Shown piece by piece: positions 20,621 through 29,643 of a stretch of DNA of 64,000 nucleotides. Within the stretch, counting starts at the first letter, position 1, and each line of letters opens with the position of its first letter. Source of the DNA: an uncultured delta proteobacterium (GTDB lineage: Bacteria > Desulfobacterota > Binatia > Binatales > Binataceae); the NCBI GenBank assembly GCA_963794325.1, contig CAWCDG010000005.1, forward strand, positions 256,001 through 320,000, in the 5' to 3' direction. Under the pieces are notes generated by a model. That model was not told where the DNA came from and did no database searches. It worked only from the letters and a program-made list of their open reading frames with translations. The position numbers and the translations under genes were made by a program.

Positions 20621-21685
20621 ATGAACAGCACACTTGCCGCCGACTATTCTGCCCTTGATGAGACGCTCGAAATCATGGCGCCGATGGGGCCTGACCTGAG
20701 CAACGGCTTTTCCAATCATGCGCCAATGGCGATCGAAGCGATGTGCGCGATGAGTCGAGGCGACGCTGTGATGCCGTGGTTCGAGAACTATCGACATTCG
20801 CTTATGCCGCGTCGTGCGCGTGTCGCGCGCCTCACGAATGACAATTGGCGCGCCGCGCTTGGCGACCATCGTCGCACCGAGGATTGGTTCGAGTTCTTTC
20901 GCAACGAGCTCGAAGAGCGTCAATGGCCCGAGTTGCTGGACACCTGGGCTGCGCGGCTCGGTCCGGGTTTGATGGCGGCCGCGACACACGGGGTCATCCG
21001 CACCGGGCATGCGACTCGCGCATTGGCTCTCGACAACAATCCTGCACGCCGGCGCGAATTGGCCGACGGACTCGCATACTGGGCCGCCGAATACATGCCG
21101 CTTCCCGCTGAGCGCCACAAGGTTGCTCGCGCGATCCCGTCGAAAGCCATCGCTCGCGTGCAGATGATTCCGCTGAACCTTCGCGGCGGCAACTTCGGCG
21201 CACTCACCGACGCGCTCGCGCAGCTCGATTCTTTCCCGCCGTTCAAGGACACGCTCGACGCGGTCGATCCTTCCGGCGACGCAGGCGCATTTCTATCTGA
21301 TCTGACGGCGACCTTTGCGCGCGTCTTTCTAGCCAACGCTCACGACGTTTATACCACCATCGCGTTCGTTCATGCGGTCACTGGACCGTCCGCACTACGT
21401 CCCTTAATCCCACACCTGCGCGATAAGACTCTGCGCGACGCGCTCGCCTATGCGTGGCAAACTGCGGCTGCGATGTATGCGACCTTCGGCACAAACGCAG
21501 ACCTATCGCAGTTCGATGAGACCAAGGCGTGGAGTAAGGATGAACTCTTCGATCGTGCGATAGGGTGCGGCGACGAGCACGCGATCAAATTCACAGAGGT
21601 TTGCCTGCGGGAGCATGCGCTCAAAACTGACCCCGCGTTTCTTGCGGCGGCCAGCCATGCGATTCGAATGCTGAGCCCTACTTGA
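20621..21685 (+). CDS. Questin oxidase-like (DUF4243) protein
   Basis: GFSNHAPM, ATHGVIR.GH, ELADGLAYWAA, VHAVT, DEHAIK His-rich motifs. Confidence 0.8.
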   Translation: MNSTLAADYSALDETLEIMAPMGPDLSNGFSNHAPMAIEAMCAMSRGDAVMPWFENYRHSLMPRRARVARLTNDNWRAALGDHRRTEDWFEFFRNELEERQWPELLDTWAARLGPGLMAAATHGVIRTGHATRALALDNNPARRRELADGLAYWAAEYMPLPAERHKVARAIPSKAIARVQMIPLNLRGGNFGALTDALAQLDSFPPFKDTLDAVDPSGDAGAFLSDLTATFARVFLANAHDVYTTIAFVHAVTGPSALRPLIPHLRDKTLRDALAYAWQTAAAMYATFGTNADLSQFDETKAWSKDELFDRAIGCGDEHAIKFTEVCLREHALKTDPAFLAAASHAIRMLSPT

Positions 21686-22358
21686 GGCCGCAGTAAACGG
21701 CGAAGATGAGGTTCTTATAGGCGCAATCGATGTCGCGGAAGCCTGTCTCGCGCATCCATTCGAGTTGATCTTCGAGCGTCGCCGCGCGATCGAACTTCAT
21801 TCGGTCGAGCGCGGCAGTCAGATCACGATCGTCCACGCCCAGTTCGCGCACCCGCGTGACCCATCGCTCGTGATGAAACGTATGGCGCTCCGGCGTCGCG
21901 CAGCGAAACTGCTCGGCGTTGACGAATACCCCACCGTCGTTGAGCGCGCCGTGGATTCGACCGAACAAGGAACGCTTTTGCTCGTCGGTCAGGTGATGGA
22001 TCGACAGCGCAGAGACGATCGCGTCGTACTTCTCCTGGATCTGATCGATGCCGTAGTCGGAGACCTCGAAGCGGAAGCGCTCACCGGCCAGTTCGAAGCG
22101 AGCGCGCGCCCGCTCGAGCATCTCGTTGGAGATATCGACCATCGTGATTCGCGCATTCGGGAAACTGTAAGCGATAAATGCCGCCATCAGGCCCGTGCCG
22201 GCGCCGAGATCAAGCACCTTGATCGCGCTCTCGCGCGGGAACCGGATCAGATCGATAGCAGCGCGGTAAAAGTCGTCGAAGCCGGGCACCAAGCGGCGCC
22301 GCGTGCGGTCGTAATCCTCCGCCGCAATATCGAACGCGTGCTGTACTGAATTCGCCAT
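21678..22358 (-). CDS. Class I SAM-dependent methyltransferase
   Basis: VLDLGAGTG, VDISNEML, SALSIHH. Confidence 0.9.
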   Translation of the reverse strand: MANSVQHAFDIAAEDYDRTRRRLVPGFDDFYRAAIDLIRFPRESAIKVLDLGAGTGLMAAFIAYSFPNARITMVDISNEMLERARARFELAGERFRFEVSDYGIDQIQEKYDAIVSALSIHHLTDEQKRSLFGRIHGALNDGGVFVNAEQFRCATPERHTFHHERWVTRVRELGVDDRDLTAALDRMKFDRAATLEDQLEWMRETGFRDIDCAYKNLIFAVYCGLK

Positions 22359-22431
22359 CTGAAGATTGTGCGGACGCGACGGGCGTGAATCAACCGCACG
22401 CTTGAGACGGCTGTCAAAAATGCCGTCTCGC

Positions 22432-22689
22432 TTACTTGCCGAGTTTCGTCATTCCTTTCTTTCGGCGCTCGGCCCATCGCTTCTTCATTAGCTCAGAAAG
22501 CCGCTTGCGACCTTCCTTGCTGATGCCGCCGCGCCGTTTTCTTGTCGTGGTGGTGGCCGCCTTAGGACCAGGTTTGCGGCCTCTGCGCTTGCCGGTGGAC
22601 GCAGCACCCACGCCTACCAGGGCCGCGATCGCTTTGACCAGACGGTCTCTTTCCTTCTTCAAATCTGAAACGATTTTGTCGATCTCCAA
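22432..22689 (-). CDS. Small basic putative DNA-binding protein
   Basis: SD GGAG before TTG 22689. Coiled-coil N-terminus, KRRGRKP, and RGGISKEGRKRLSELMKKRWAERR. Confidence 0.7.
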   Translation of the reverse strand: MEIDKIVSDLKKERDRLVKAIAALVGVGAASTGKRRGRKPGPKAATTTTRKRRGGISKEGRKRLSELMKKRWAERRKKGMTKLGK

Positions 22690-22823
22690 GTAAGTGCTCC
22701 TGTAGGTCTCCGGAGTTTTATTAGTTGCAACGATAACCTGTCCCAACAATTATAATTGCTGGAGTTACCAGGAATTGCAATTCTATAAAGCTAGCTTGCA
22801 AGACCTTATCATAGGACTCGCGC

Positions 22824-24515
22824 TTACTTGGCGGCGTGGCCGTGGCGCAATAGTTTGCCCGGCAATGAGCCGTCTGCGGTGACTTGGTCCTTGTTCTCAC
22901 GCCTTATGACTGTTCCATTGACGATTACTGCGTCAATTCCTTCCGCATCTGCGACCAGCCGGTCCTGATTTGCCGGAAGGTCGTAAACGCGACGTAGTTT
23001 ACTCGCACCTACCTTGTCAGGATCGAAAATAGTGACGTCGGCAGCCAAGCCCGGCAAAAGGCGCCCCCGGTCCGTGATTCCAAATACTTCGGCAGGCCGC
23101 GCGGTAAGCATCCAGATTGCACGCTCCATCGGGATTGCCCGCTTCTCACGAACCCATCGGCCCAGCATGTAGGTCGAGAAGCATGCATCGCAGAGCTGGC
23201 TTGCATGCGCGCCGGCGTCGGACAGGCCCAGCACTGTATGCCGTCCGGCGAGGAGTTCCGCGACTTCATCTTCGACGTTATTGAGAATCGACATGCGAAA
23301 GCGTGCTTCGAGATTCGACGCCAGCGCGAGATCGAGCGCCAGGTCGATTGGATCGAGGCCGCGCTCGCGCGCGACTTCATTGAGGTTGCGCTCTTCGAGT
23401 TTCGGATCGGTTGGCGAGAACGAAATCACCGTGCGATCCCAGCGGTTGGCGAACGCACCGTGCGAGCCCTCGCCCGCCTTAGATTTGAAAGCGCGGCGGA
23501 ATTCCGGGTCGGCGTAGATTTTCTTCTTGCCCTCGAAGTCGGCGGCTGACACCGGCGCGAACAGACTCATGCTTTCGAAAATGAACGGCGCCTTGAACTG
23601 GAATTCGAAGTTCAGCGGCCGGCAGGTAACCTGCGGAATGATGCTAAGCCCTTCGTCGCACAGTTTCTGCGACGCCTCGAGCGGCCCGCGATGTCCGCCG
23701 GGTCCGTTCATGCCGGCGAGCAGTGCGGTGTAGGTAATCGGGCGATGAATCTCTCTCGCGATTTCCGCAAACTCGCGCAGGAACAGCTCGCGACCGATAG
23801 TCGCCTGCATGATTCCGTGACCGGCCTCGCCCATCGCCGACGCGAGCGATCGAATCTCATCGAAATCCGACATGCGGCTCGGGACCGGCTTGCCGCTGTA
23901 TCCGACGTGGGTGGGAGACTTCGAGGTCGCGAAGCCAATTGCGCCGGCGTCGAGCGCGCGACGGACCAACAGCTTCATCTGTGCGACTTCGTCGGCGCTG
24001 GCGGAACGCTCGGTCGCTTCCTCGCCCATCACGTAGAGTCTTATCGGCGTGTGTCCGACCAGAGCGCCGAGGTTGATCGCGGTGCCGCGCCGCTCGATGG
24101 TATCCATGTAATCCTCGAAACTCTCGAACGGCCACTCGTAGCCGAGTCCGGTCTCGAGCGCCTTCAGACTCATCCCTTCGACGTTTTCGAGCGTCCGCAT
24201 GATTAGCCCGCGATGCTCGGGACGGGTTGGCGCGACGCCGAAACCACAGTTGCCCATGACGACTGTGGTCACGCCGTGCCACGGCGAGATGGTCATCATG
24301 CGATCCCACATCACTTGCGCATCGTAATGCGTATGAATATCGACGAAGCCCGGCGCGACGACCTTGCCTTTGGCCTCGATGGTCTGCGCCGCTTTGCCTT
24401 TCGCTTCGCCGACCGCCGCGAGCTTGCCGTCCTTAATCGCAACGTCGCCGACGCGTCCGGGCGCGCCAGTACCGTCGTAAATCGTGCCGCCAGTGATCTT
24501 TAGATCGTAATCCAT
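22824..24515 (-). CDS. N-acyl-D-amino-acid deacylase family amidohydrolase
   Basis: PGFVDIHTHYD, GNCG, SDAGAH, GLAADVTIFDP. Start at ATG 24515. Confidence 0.92.
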   Translation of the reverse strand: MDYDLKITGGTIYDGTGAPGRVGDVAIKDGKLAAVGEAKGKAAQTIEAKGKVVAPGFVDIHTHYDAQVMWDRMMTISPWHGVTTVVMGNCGFGVAPTRPEHRGLIMRTLENVEGMSLKALETGLGYEWPFESFEDYMDTIERRGTAINLGALVGHTPIRLYVMGEEATERSASADEVAQMKLLVRRALDAGAIGFATSKSPTHVGYSGKPVPSRMSDFDEIRSLASAMGEAGHGIMQATIGRELFLREFAEIAREIHRPITYTALLAGMNGPGGHRGPLEASQKLCDEGLSIIPQVTCRPLNFEFQFKAPFIFESMSLFAPVSAADFEGKKKIYADPEFRRAFKSKAGEGSHGAFANRWDRTVISFSPTDPKLEERNLNEVARERGLDPIDLALDLALASNLEARFRMSILNNVEDEVAELLAGRHTVLGLSDAGAHASQLCDACFSTYMLGRWVREKRAIPMERAIWMLTARPAEVFGITDRGRLLPGLAADVTIFDPDKVGASKLRRVYDLPANQDRLVADAEGIDAVIVNGTVIRRENKDQVTADGSLPGKLLRHGHAAK

Positions 24516-24700
24516 CGTAGTGCGCCTCGATTTCCTAGCTATATCGTGCGGGGTTCGTCGCGGTCCAGACCGATCGGTATGTGACCGCCACGTTGTAAAT
24601 CCCACGATGCTCTAGTAATAGGAATCTCAGCAGTCATCACTTTTCACAGAAAAACCCGGTCAGGAGTTCGCGCCGCCGCGAAGCCAATCGAGGGCGAAAA

Positions 24701-25798
24701 ATGCAGAAGCCAATCATCTCAGCCGATTCTCACATTACCGAACCGCCCAACACTTACGTCGATCGAATCGATCACAAGTACAAGGACACGGCGCCGCACA
24801 TGGTGCATGACGAGAAGCTGGGCGACGTGTTTATCGTCAAAGACTTCCCGCGTCCTATCAACGTCGCGCTGGCGGCAGCCGCGGGCAAGGACGCAAGCGA
24901 GCTGAGGACGATTGGCGCGAAGTTCGAGGAAATGCATAAAGGCGGATGGGATCCCAACGCGCGCATGGCCGATCAGGATCGCGATGGTGTCGCGGCCGAA
25001 GTTATCTACCCGACGGTCGGCATGATTCTCTGTAACCATCGTGACTTCGACTACAAGAAGGCTTGCTTCGACGCCTACAACCTGTGGATAGGCGAGTACT
25101 GCGCGACGCATCCGGATCGCTTGATAGGAACCGGGCAGACTGCGATGCGATCGGTCGAAGAAGGTATCTCGGATCTGCGCAAGATGAAGGACCTCGGGCT
25201 TAAGGGCGTCATGATGCCCGGCAACCCCGCGCTCGAGGATTACGACAGTCCTGTCTATGCGCCTTTCTATGAGGCCGCGATCGATCTCGAGATGCCGCTG
25301 AGCTTTCATATCCTGACCAGCAGCAGCGACAACTTTCAGACTCGCGGCCCCAAGCTCAACAGTTTCCTGTCGATCATCCGCGGATGCCAGGACATCATCG
25401 GCACGTTCGTGCTCGGCGGAGTTTTCGAGCGCCATCCGAAGTTGAAAGTAGTTTGCGTCGAGGCGGACGCGGGATGGGTGCCGCATTATATGTATCGGAT
25501 GGATCACGCTTATGATCGCCATCGCTACTGGCTACCGGCCGGCACGCTTAGCAAGATGCCGAGTGAGTATTTCCGCGAGAACGTGTACACGACATTCCAG
25601 GACGACTACGTCGCGTTCCAGGTGAGGAATCTTTGCAACATCAAGCGCCTGATGTGGGCGAGTGACTTCCCGCATAGCGACTCGACGTGGCCGTGGTCGC
25701 AAGACGTCATAGCCAAGCACACGGTCGGGATGACGGCGGACGAGAAGAACCTGGTGCTGCACGACAACGTCGCGGAGCTGTATCATCTGAGTATCTAG
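24701..25798 (+). CDS. Amidohydrolase-2 family protein
   Basis: ISADSHITEP, SFHI, FERHPKL, SDFPHSDS. Confidence 0.92.
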   Translation: MQKPIISADSHITEPPNTYVDRIDHKYKDTAPHMVHDEKLGDVFIVKDFPRPINVALAAAAGKDASELRTIGAKFEEMHKGGWDPNARMADQDRDGVAAEVIYPTVGMILCNHRDFDYKKACFDAYNLWIGEYCATHPDRLIGTGQTAMRSVEEGISDLRKMKDLGLKGVMMPGNPALEDYDSPVYAPFYEAAIDLEMPLSFHILTSSSDNFQTRGPKLNSFLSIIRGCQDIIGTFVLGGVFERHPKLKVVCVEADAGWVPHYMYRMDHAYDRHRYWLPAGTLSKMPSEYFRENVYTTFQDDYVAFQVRNLCNIKRLMWASDFPHSDSTWPWSQDVIAKHTVGMTADEKNLVLHDNVAELYHLSI

Positions 25799-25838
25799 CG
25801 GGTCCGCTGCTACACGTCGATTTGGGATTCACACCGTA

Positions 25839-26550
25839 TGTAGTGGTTCCTCGGGTTGGGGCCACTACCACTGGGCACTGGTTCAGTTTGAAAGCGAAAC
25901 CAATTCTTCGATAGTCGATCGGCCAAACACGAAAAATGCGGAGGGCATCAAATGAAGACCGTTCGCGAGCTGCTCGAAACTGCTTCAATCATTGAGCTGG
26001 TTGATTGGCCCAACCAAGAAGTACCTGCGACGCTTTTTCGAGCCGGTTACACTGTTGTTGGCCACGAACCTCGGGGCTTCCTATCTTACGTAGTCGCCTC
26101 AAGTCCGGCTGAAGACGCAAGCATCCGCTCGTTACCGCTCGCCGACGGTGCTTATCTCGTCGCTCATCCAATAGATGCGTTGCCGGACGGGATCGACATC
26201 GTCAACACATACCGACCAGCGGAGGAACAGTCCGACATTGCTCGCAGTGCGATTTCGCTTGGCGCGCAGGCTTTTTGGGTCCAACCAGGAGAAAAAACAT
26301 CAGACGAAGCTAGAAAGATCGCTGGTGAGGCTGGTCTCATTTTCGTCGAGGGTATCTGTATCGCGGATACGGTTCGCAAGCTTGGCATCTCCAATCGGTC
26401 ACGTACGTAAGGGTGTGCGCCCAAGACCAGCCGACAAGCGCGAGCGCGGCAGTGTGTCGAGATTTCATGACCCCTTGTCTATCTGGCTCGCTTCCCAATC
26501 GTCCACGATCCCGATCAGATCGTCAAACGACATAGATGATCGGTAACGCC
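25839..26550 (-). mobile_element. Degenerate IS1-like element remnant carrying a cargo gene
   Basis: Minus strand 26550-26465 reads GVTDHL(W)SFDDLIGIVDDWE.. with one missing base, resembling an IS1-like transposase C-terminus. End-like TTTCAAACTGAACCAGTGCCC at 25893-25873 and a GTAGTGG..CCACTAC palindrome at 25840-25868. Confidence 0.45.
25952..26410 (+). CDS. CoA-binding (YccU-like) protein
   Basis: IDIVNTYRP, A.AFWVQPG, A..AGLIFVEGICI; visibly lower GC than its neighbours. Confidence 0.8.
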   Translation: MKTVRELLETASIIELVDWPNQEVPATLFRAGYTVVGHEPRGFLSYVVASSPAEDASIRSLPLADGAYLVAHPIDALPDGIDIVNTYRPAEEQSDIARSAISLGAQAFWVQPGEKTSDEARKIAGEAGLIFVEGICIADTVRKLGISNRSRT

Positions 26551-26554
26551 CGGG

Positions 26555-27955
26555 TCAGACTTGGATGTGTTCCCAGTGGCCGGTTTGGAAGCGCCAGACT
26601 TTTACGGTTGAGCGGACGATGTAGTCGGCGAGCAGCGACCACCAGATGTAGTTGATGCTGCCGCCGTGGTACCAAATCAGAATCGTCAGGAAGAGGCGCA
26701 TCCCGTAGAAGCCCGCGAGCGAGCCGTAGAGCGGGAAGCGTGAGTCGCCTGCGCCGCGCAGTGCGCCGGTGATGGTCCAGTCGATTGCCATCAGCGGTTG
26801 CGCGGCGGCGAGTGCGTACATGAACTGCACCGTGTCGGCGATCACAGTTTTGTCGTCGATGAAGAGCGCGGCGATGAAGTGGGCGAAGATGATGAACACC
26901 AGGCCCATCGCGGTCATCAGCACGATCGACATCCGGGTCGCTTCCCATCCGGCCTTGCGCGAAAACTTCGGATCGCCCGCGCCGAGGCCCTGGCCGACGA
27001 GCGTCGCGGAGGCGGCGGAGAATCCGAAGCCGGGCAGGAATGAGAGCGCGAGGATTCGAACGCCGATGAAGTATGCGGCGATTTCCTTGGCGCCGTAGCG
27101 CGCGACGAATCCGACGTAGGCGACGAAGCCGAACTGGATCAACAATTGTTCGATGGCGGCGGGATTGCCGACGCTGAGCATTCGCCGGCCCAGGTCGAAG
27201 TCGGGCCACAACCCCTTCCATCGAAAGTTGAGCACCATTCCGGGGATCGACAGTGCGTAGAAAAACAAAATCCCGCCGATCGCGATTGCGAGCAACGTCG
27301 CAACCGCCGAGCCGTCAACCCCGAGTGCGGGAAATCCGAACTTGCCGAAGATGAGCACGTAGTTGAAGAAGATCGCGATCACGTCGATGATGCCGCCGAT
27401 CCACAGCGGGGTGCGGGTGTCGCCCGCGCCGCGCAGCGCCGACGCGCACATCAGGAAGATTCCCTGGAACGGCTCCGAGAGCATCACGACTTGCAGGTAA
27501 CGCGCGCCCATGTCGGCCATCCGGCCGTGCACCTGGAACAGTCCCATCAGAGGACGCGCGAAAATGATCACGGGGATAGCGATGATGGTCGAGACCAGTA
27601 CGCCGAAGACGACGGATTGCTTCAGCACGTCCTCGGCGCTGTCACGATCGCTCGCGCCGATGTAACGCGCGACCAACGCGACGGTGCCGGTACCGACCGC
27701 CGCGATTCCCGCGCGCACAGCGCCGAGAATTTGGGTCGCGAGTCCGACTGCGCCGACGGCGTCCGCGCCAAGCCGTCCTACCATCAGCATCGAGGAGAGG
27801 CTGAGAATCGAATCGAGGGCGAACGACAGGATCACCGGCCACGCGAGCGCCCACACCTCGAAGCGGATGCGCTCGATTGGTGGCAGGGTCATCGCGACCC
27901 CGCCGCCCCGCCCGCCGGCTTCGACTTCGGGAACCGCTTCGAGAAACTCAGACAT
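26555..27955 (-). CDS. MATE family efflux transporter
   Basis: LAWPV, MVGRLG, two LRGAGD(T/S)R repeats, LVGQGLGAG. Confidence 0.93.
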   Translation of the reverse strand: MSEFLEAVPEVEAGGRGGGVAMTLPPIERIRFEVWALAWPVILSFALDSILSLSSMLMVGRLGADAVGAVGLATQILGAVRAGIAAVGTGTVALVARYIGASDRDSAEDVLKQSVVFGVLVSTIIAIPVIIFARPLMGLFQVHGRMADMGARYLQVVMLSEPFQGIFLMCASALRGAGDTRTPLWIGGIIDVIAIFFNYVLIFGKFGFPALGVDGSAVATLLAIAIGGILFFYALSIPGMVLNFRWKGLWPDFDLGRRMLSVGNPAAIEQLLIQFGFVAYVGFVARYGAKEIAAYFIGVRILALSFLPGFGFSAASATLVGQGLGAGDPKFSRKAGWEATRMSIVLMTAMGLVFIIFAHFIAALFIDDKTVIADTVQFMYALAAAQPLMAIDWTITGALRGAGDSRFPLYGSLAGFYGMRLFLTILIWYHGGSINYIWWSLLADYIVRSTVKVWRFQTGHWEHIQV

Positions 27956-28076
27956 GATCCAGATCAGTTACGCCAGCACGGGGCATGATAGTCAATGGAC
28001 TCTGCACGCGAGCGCGTGAGGATGAAGATCGTGCGTGCGAAATCGGTTACTATGCGGTTCACGAAGCGGGGTGGAG

Positions 28077-29561
28077 ATGAGGCAGGCAGATTCACTGACA
28101 TTGGAATCGCCGCGAGCAGAAGCTTCACGCTGGGAGCTGTCATCGATCCGGCCGACGGCAATATTCGCCGCGATCTTCGGCGTCGCCGCAATCATATATT
28201 CGTATCACTTGGGCGCCGATGCGCTGGGCGCGAGCGAGGCGTTCAGTGCGTGGTCGGCGGCAAAGCCGGGAATCGGCGCGATTGCGCGAACCCCGGTACT
28301 CGAGGAGCCGGGAAAGTTTCTGTTCTACTACGCCGCGCTGCATTACTACACGCGGATTTTCGGGCTGAGCGAAACCTCGCTGCGATCGATGTCGGTAGTA
28401 CTTTCGTTGGCGACGCTGGTGCTGGTGTTCGCGATCGGGCGCGAAATGTTCGACCAAGGCACGGCGCTCGCGGCGGCTGCGATGTGGGCGTTCAACCCGT
28501 TGGCAGTAGCGTTCGCGCACACGGCGCGAATGTACCCAATGATCATGGCGCTCGCGCTCGCGCAACTGCTGATGCTGTGGCGGATACGCAAGCGTCCGCG
28601 CGCGAGCCTCGCCGTGATGTGCGGTTTCGCAGGCGCTGCGATGCTCTATACACACATGGGTGGGATTCTGTTCATCGGTGCGGGACTGGCGATGCTGGTG
28701 CGCGACTACGTACGCGGGCTGCGAAGTCCAATGGCGTGGCTGGCGATGGCAGTAACGCTGGCGCTGTTCGTTCCGTATCTGCCGGTGCTGCGCGCGCAAA
28801 GCGAGACGATGATCTCCGGCCATTGGCTCGATTGGATCGGAACCGCGTACGAGTATCCACTCTGGATCAAAATAGCGGCGGCGCTGATAGCAGCGGCGGT
28901 CGCGGCCTGGTTCGTGTTCGGTGCATCAACAGCATCGGATGACGACGAGAAACTGCGCTGGCTAGGCGCATGGACGATCCTGCCGGGACTCATGCTAGCG
29001 GCGGGATCGATCGCGATACATCCGATGTTCAATCTGCGGTACGTTGCTCCGTCGCTGGCCACATTCGCGTTGCTGCTTGCCGCAGGAGTCGCGCGGGTGA
29101 GCGTGAAATGGCGCAATCTGATGGCGGCAGGTTTCGCACTGGTCTGTTTGATCGTGCTGCCGTTCGATCGGACCACGCCGCAGCCGTGGCGAGAGCTGGC
29201 GGCGCAGGTGTCGGCGGGCGGCGGAGCGTCGGAGCCGGTGTTCTTTGAATCGGGGTTCGTCTCGACGGACACCGCGCCGAGTGTCCCCAATGGCGGATTT
29301 CCGTTTGGGTTCTACTCTGTTCCCTTCGATTACTACTTCAAAGGAAAAAATCCGCGAATAGCTATTCCGGGATTTGATAGTGCGGCGGCGCGAGTGACTA
29401 TTGAGAAGCGCGTTGCAGCGGCGGGCGGCGGATGGCTGGTGAGTTGGAAGGGTCGCGACGCAGTAAGTTCCGAACTTCCGGACCCGACGCGGTTCAAGGC
29501 TGTCGAGAAATATCGCGGCGACCGGCTGGCATTCTATCGGATTACGCCGATCAGGAGGTGA
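28077..29561 (+). CDS. GT-C (family 39/PMT-like) membrane glycosyltransferase
   Basis: Polytopic; LG..EAFS, FGLSE.SLR.MSV, ARMY, RY, PWRE. Start at ATG 28077. Confidence 0.75.
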   Translation: MRQADSLTLESPRAEASRWELSSIRPTAIFAAIFGVAAIIYSYHLGADALGASEAFSAWSAAKPGIGAIARTPVLEEPGKFLFYYAALHYYTRIFGLSETSLRSMSVVLSLATLVLVFAIGREMFDQGTALAAAAMWAFNPLAVAFAHTARMYPMIMALALAQLLMLWRIRKRPRASLAVMCGFAGAAMLYTHMGGILFIGAGLAMLVRDYVRGLRSPMAWLAMAVTLALFVPYLPVLRAQSETMISGHWLDWIGTAYEYPLWIKIAAALIAAAVAAWFVFGASTASDDDEKLRWLGAWTILPGLMLAAGSIAIHPMFNLRYVAPSLATFALLLAAGVARVSVKWRNLMAAGFALVCLIVLPFDRTTPQPWRELAAQVSAGGGASEPVFFESGFVSTDTAPSVPNGGFPFGFYSVPFDYYFKGKNPRIAIPGFDSAAARVTIEKRVAAAGGGWLVSWKGRDAVSSELPDPTRFKAVEKYRGDRLAFYRITPIRR

Positions 29562-29596
29562 TCATCAGGCGTTGTGATCGCTTTTCGCGCCGCTTC

Positions 29597-29630
29597 GGGA
29601 TTCTTCGCCGCGGCGGCTCTGAATGACACA
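29597..29630 (-). repeat. Copy of the TGTGTCATTCAGAGC..GCGAAGAATCC interspersed repeat
   Basis: Reverse complement matches the copies at 44765-44966; lies between convergent genes. Confidence 0.65.
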
Positions 29631-29643
29631 AAACGAAAAAAGA

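Noticed and set aside
28077-29561. GT-C glycosyltransferase as part of the exosortase system
   Set aside because: It is 19 kb away with unrelated genes in between, and the cores offer few glycosylation sites; no evidence of linkage.
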